Positions 56,839-64,000 of a DNA stretch of 64,000 bases are shown here, piece after piece. Within the stretch, counting starts at the first letter, position 1. Each line of letters begins with the position of its first letter. The position numbers and the translations under genes are program-made. The notes under the pieces were generated by a model. That model was not told the DNA's origin. It did no database searches and worked only from the letters and a program-made list of their open reading frames with translations. The stretch is from Amoebidium appalachense. Lineage: Eukaryota; Protista; Ichthyosporea. The stretch covers positions 5,756,708 through 5,820,707 of the forward strand of contig CAVNZM010000017.1 in the NCBI GenBank assembly GCA_963693365.1, written 5' to 3'.

Positions 56839-57183
56839 GGGGGGGGGTGTGGGGAGGGGGGGATTTGTAGGAATGGAGGAAAAACAAGTCTTGATTCCCG
56901 GGCTGCCTTGTAATGTTTCATTGACTTTATTGATGCCGAAACTCATCAGGCGGAAGTATTTCGGTCTGCTACAGTATATGGGTCATTCGGAAACCTCTCT
57001 TTAGAACCCCTAGGCCTCCTCCCTCATAAAATAATAAAGCCGCCATACTCTTACGTTGCGAATCATTTGTACATCGTACTGTGTTGACATCTCAAATACG
57101 AACAATGTGGTGTGGACAAGTTTGCACGTGTACACATGTGTTTGTGCTCCAATGTAAAACCCATAGACACGTTTTACTACAGT

Positions 57184-57494
57184 ACATTTTGAAAAATATC
57201 ATGAGTATAAGTATATCGCCGAATCTGGTAAGATCGCGAAAAAGATATTCAAAATCGATATACTAAAGTATATCGATCATATGAAAGGGCCAAAAGATAT
57301 ACTTCGGAAGAATAGTATATCTTTTGGCCAGATCAAATTTGATTGGAGGCGAACGCATCGAATGGGCACCAGGGTCGGGTCGGCTGTTCGCAATATACTT
57401 TTTATATACTAAATAAAAAGTGGTACGGTAAAATTGACCACATCAAAAAGTATAAGCATATCGAGATATACTTATACTATACTTTTCAAATTGT
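57184..57494. mobile_element. MITE-like foldback element with imperfect terminal inverted repeats and internal palindromes
   Basis: Left TTTGAAAA...AGTATAAGTATATC versus right GATATACTTATACT...TTTTCAAA. Perfect stems at 57254-57277 (11 bp) and 57288-57329 (16 bp). Confidence 0.6.
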
Positions 57495-58606
57495 GTTATA
57501 GTAAAACGTGTCTAATCCCGCTGGCCCCAAAGCATAGTGCACAGTGCCAACTAAGCTTTTTGTTACCGTGAAAGGCGTGAGGGAGGGAGGGAGTCTGTGT
57601 GTGTGTGTGTGTAGGTGGGTGGGTGGTGGTGGTGGTGGTGGGGGGGGGGGGTATATCACACAGTACGAAGCACAAATAATTCACAACGTAGGAGCATTGC
57701 AGCTCTATTTTTTTTTCTGAGGAATGGGGGAGGTGGGGCTATCTGCTTTAGGTAGCTAAGAGCTGTGATAAGGGGGAGGGTTGGGTGGCGGGAGGTTGGA
57801 ATGCGTGTTAAGTACAAACTCACCCAGGTGATCACGGGGTGCCAATGTGCCAAAGCACACACACAATCCCTCAAGGGCATAGAGGTTATCGAGAGATGGA
57901 AGTTAAAAGCGAAGAACACAAGAAGAATGCGAGGAGCGGGGTGTAAAGAAACTGAGCCATGGAGAAGGAGGGGTAGTGTGTTTGAAGGGAAGGAGGGGTA
58001 GTGTGTTTGTAGAGAAGGAGGGGTAGTGTGTTTGTGAGTGTTCTGTGGTAGCTCCCGGGCTGCGACAGCCCCGAGAGAGAGGGGGGGAAGGGGGGGGGGG
58101 GGGGGGGGAGATTTATGCGTTAGAGGGTTGGAAATATGGAGGAGACTACAAAGGAAAAAACCACAAAACGTCACAAAAATGAAAAACCCGAAATCAAGAA
58201 ATTTAGGCGTGCAGGCAGATGACACGACAGAGCCCCCGGGGGGGGGGGGGGGGGGGGGGGGGGGATGTGTTAGATAGTACGAATTACATATTCAAGACTT
58301 CTAAGGAAATGCAAAGCACCCAAATGCATCATGAGCAAAGCCCATCCTCAGAGGAAGAAAGGGGGGTGGGAGGAGGGGAGGGAAAGCCATCTAGTTGGGA
58401 AGGGGGGGGGGGGGGGGGGGGGGGGGAGGGATGCGGAGCATGATGCGTACAATGTACAACTACACGATGACGGGAAAAGAGAGGGGGGAGGGCGGGGGTT
58501 ATTGGGTATTATCATCCGTTCCACCGCACGAAGATACAAGTGTTGAAGTAATAAAGATGGGAGGACTGAACGCACGAGAGTATGCAACAGGGTCCATTTG
58601 GGGGCG

Positions 58607-58649
<43 letters not shown>

Positions 58650-58651
<2 letters not shown>

Positions 58652-59522
58652 GAATGCGGAACACGGTACGAAGTACGCATACACGACGAGAAGCATGATG
58701 CAGGACACATGCAAAGGAAAACATTCAAGTATGCAACATCAGTCATGTGCACAGTATGCGTTATAAGCAGAGCCCATCCTCAGGGAGGACCCAAGTCATC
58801 AATTGCGTCTGAGTTTCGACCCTTTAGCCCGCGTATATACGACGCTCCAACTCAGACAGCAGCATCAACTGAACTTGGGCGGGTCAACCCGTCTTGATCA
58901 AAGACGAGCAGGGTTGCTTATGCAAGCAAGGTGAGCAAAACGGTGAAGATGTGTGTGCAAACTAATGCAGTGCAGCGAAAAAATGCGCATGTGCTTACAG
59001 ATGCACGACACAGAGCAACCATGCCCGGTTGCATGGAAGTAAAGCGGTCTCCATACAGTGGTCTGTCCTGAAAGGACACCTCTGAAAGAAGACTGGGGGG
59101 GTTTTGAATGCGGAACACGGTACGAAGTACGCATACACGACGAGAAGCATGGTGCAGGACACATGCAAAGGAAAACATTCAAGTATGCAACATCAGCCAT
59201 GTGCACAGTACGCGTCATAAGCAGAGCCCATCCTCAGGGAGGACCCAAGTCATCAATTGCGTCTGAGTTTCGACCCCTTAGCCCGCGTATATACGACGCT
59301 CCAACTCAGACAGCAGCATCAACTGAACTTGGGCGGGTCAACCCGTCTTGATCAAAGACGAGCAGGGTTGCTTAGGCAAGCAAGGTGAGCAAAACGGTGA
59401 AGATGTGTGTGCAAACTAATGCAGTGCAGCGAAAAATGCGCATGTGCTTACAGATGCACGACACAGAGCAACCATGCCAGGTTGCAGGGAAGTAAAGCGG
59501 TCTCCACACAGTGGTCTGTCCT
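58650..59522 (-). mobile_element. Head-to-tail pair of long (~420 bp, period 454) family-A repeat copies
   Basis: 58650-59069 and 59104-59522 are nearly identical; each abuts a G-run on the + strand (poly-C on the element strand). Confidence 0.9.
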
Positions 59523-59563
59523 AGGGGGGAGGGGGGGTTATGTTGAATGCCAGGAGAACACCG

Positions 59564-59619
<56 letters not shown>

Positions 59620-61537
59620 GCGTGTGCGCGCGTGCGTGTGGTGGTGTTTTTTTTTTTTTTTTTTTTTTTGAGGGGGATTATACTGCCAGAAACCAAAGTT
59701 TGGCAAATGTGCCTCCCAGACACAAGAAACCGTGCGAAGATGCACCATGCAACAAAAAAAGAGATAGAAAGAAAGAAAGGAGAAGGGGACCACGTGGTGA
59801 AGGGGCATGGCTTAAAGAACGAACACAAGAGAAAAAAGATGTTCAGTTGGGTTCTGGATTTCGAAGTGGTATAGAAGGGAGAATAATTTACAGGACTTGC
59901 ACGTGCTGGGTGTGCGCGTGAAACCTAGGTCCAACCGGAAAAGAGAGAGGCAGAAAGAGAGAGAGAGAGAGAGTGTGTGTGTGTGGGGGGGGGGGGGGAG
60001 GGGGGTGGTGTATGCGTTCGAGGGTAGGATATATGGAGCAGACAACAAGGGACAAAATACAAAGGGGCGGAGGATGGAAGAGAGAGGGGGGAATGGGCGG
60101 CTGCACATAGAAACATGACTCAACTTGTGCAGAAGCTTTTCCATGGGTAGCCACTAACATGCCCTGTCAAAACGAGCATACAGGGTCACCTGAAGAGGAA
60201 TGGGCCACACATCCAGGAGCAGGGCTTGTGTGTGTGTGTGTGTGTTTTGGGGGGGGGGGCGGGGGGGACTAAAGTTGAATAGAAGAGTAAAGTAAAACTG
60301 TGTGTGTGTGTGGGGGGGGGGGAGGGGGGGCTACACTTTAAAAAAATCACGCAGTTAAAAGTGACCATATTCGTTGGCCTGCACATATGGTGCAGCTAAG
60401 GTTTCCAAGACGCAGGTCAGCGTGAACAATAGAGGGGTGTGAGGCAGAGCAGATAACGGCGAGCTGATCAGAGCAGGGGACAAAAAGCATGCTAACAAGG
60501 ACACCAACACGAGGCACGGAAAAGGGTTCCCGGGCAAAGCAGACAGTAGGAGAGATGGCGGGAAGGACAACTGGGAAAAGGGGGAGGAGTTAGGATGGAA
60601 GAGTTATGCAGAGGGGAATGCATGAAAAGGTTTAGAGGCTGATGATGATGCTGCACTATGCCGGTAGGGTGCTTACGAGAGTAACCCGATAAGATTGCAA
60701 AAAAACACATCCAGGGCCATGCTTGGCACGTACCATGGCTGGTGACAGTTGACACATCCCATGCGCCCATGCAACCCGTTACCAGGCCCCTTTCCAACCC
60801 AGGGTGGAGACACTGAAGGGCGACTCTCTTCTTCGGCACAGCCAAACGAAGTAGGCATAGATGTTGCCGCCTTGCAGCCCAAAAAAGATAAGATGTGACC
60901 AGACCGGTCGTATGTTCCGCTTTATTTGATTCTGAGGGGCGCACCACACCGTCTAACTTTCCCATTCTCTTCTAAGAGGCGCTAACTCTAAAAGCTTAGA
61001 CACTTGAGGGAAAAGAACGAGATCTCAGAACAAAAGACATGTGAGATCCAAACCTCTGCGTGGCCACCAAATCCAAGCCCGGTTTTGCATGTGCCAAGAC
61101 CGAGTGCAAAGTTCAGTCAGTCTAGTAGTCTAGCACACCGGCTCCCAAGCAAGAATGAGCGCGCAAAGCAACGATCACCTCTGAACATGAGAAATAAACT
61201 CCAGGCAACAGCCCCTCGGCCTCTCTGTTTTTTTTTCCTAAAGCGATTCATCGAGATGGCGGCCGCGGCATGCGGATACACAGGAATTTTTCCCGTGAGA
61301 GTTATGCCAGCGCCCAGATCTCGCGCAATATTGGCAAAATACTGTTAAAAAAATTTTTTGTTTCTCTTGGCTTACAGAAATTTATGTTTGTTTCTTTTGA
61401 TTATAATAAAAATAATATCATCATCTATCTCCCTCCCTCTCTCTCTCTTTTGGGCTCTCTCTCTTCCTCTCTCTCCCAGCGTGACACACCCCGTCTCTCT
61501 CTTTCGGAATCGTGCAAGAAAAATGCCTCGCTTGCTG

Positions 61538-63573
<2,036 letters not shown>

Positions 63574-64000
63574 ACATGTACGCTGCTTTTTAGATATGTC
63601 CACTATCGTGTGTGATGTTTTCGCCAAGTGGTTGTGCATTAGTTCTGTGTTACGAATGAATACGTAAGTGTATTTCCGAATTAAGTGTGTCGTCCAGTGA
63701 GCGTGTTGATCGCGCAGTCCAAATGAAAATAAAATAGATGATTTATAAGGGCCTAGTGCCCTATAACTATATGCGTTTCATTATGGTGCATGTTCTGATC
63801 TACATGGCACACACATCACAACACACACCACATACATCGAACAAGCCTTTCTTGCACGCTGCTCTCCTTCCACGATGCAAACGCATGCGCACACGGGACA
63901 CCTGCGCCGAATCTTTGCTTTTGCGTATGCACCCCCCCCCCCCCCCCCCCCCACACCACCACCACACACTAAGCACATCACATCGACAGAACAAGCCTCT

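Noticed and set aside
58770-58900. Hammerhead or HDV ribozyme in the family-A repeat (CTGAGGA, GAAAC and GGCTAAGGG on the - strand)
   Set aside because: The motifs are present but not in a workable topology: no stem I between GUC and CUGANGA, and no P1/P3/L3 arrangement for HDV.

Overview
Eukaryotic genomic DNA with GT-AG introns, saturated with poly-G/poly-C runs and (GT)n/(CA)n/(GA)n microsatellites. Most ORFs in the supplied track are low-complexity artefacts. The gene content (Met-Cys-Asp-Asp-Glu actin, SH2 domain, cbEGF/VWC modules, proteinase-K-type subtilase) points to an opisthokont, most plausibly a unicellular holozoan such as an ichthyosporean; this is inference. Genes assembled by hand from splice sites: (1) a 5'-incomplete S8A subtilase with a Thr/Pro stalk and a probable 6-Cys tail (272-6599, +); (2) a TMEM69/DUF3429-like gene (8643-15232, -); (3) a 5'-truncated non-LTR reverse-transcriptase element whose 5' end is an 8x array of an 18-mer from its own RT coding sequence (15577-17628, -); (4) an intronless single-SH2 gene (19532-20119, +); (5) a 25-exon gene of about 6,510 aa for a secreted protein with 46 bacterial-adhesin-type SdrD/Cna-B-like repeats, 5 interspersed cbEGFs, 18 further EGF-like and 3 VWC-like modules (22418-53483, +); (6) an intronless actin (62443-63573, +) with three perfect CArG boxes, many CCAAT boxes and a TATA box upstream. 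Also present are a dispersed structured repeat that always ends next to a poly-C tract, and a palindrome-rich MITE-like element. The giant chimeric adhesin is the strongest candidate for an undescribed system.
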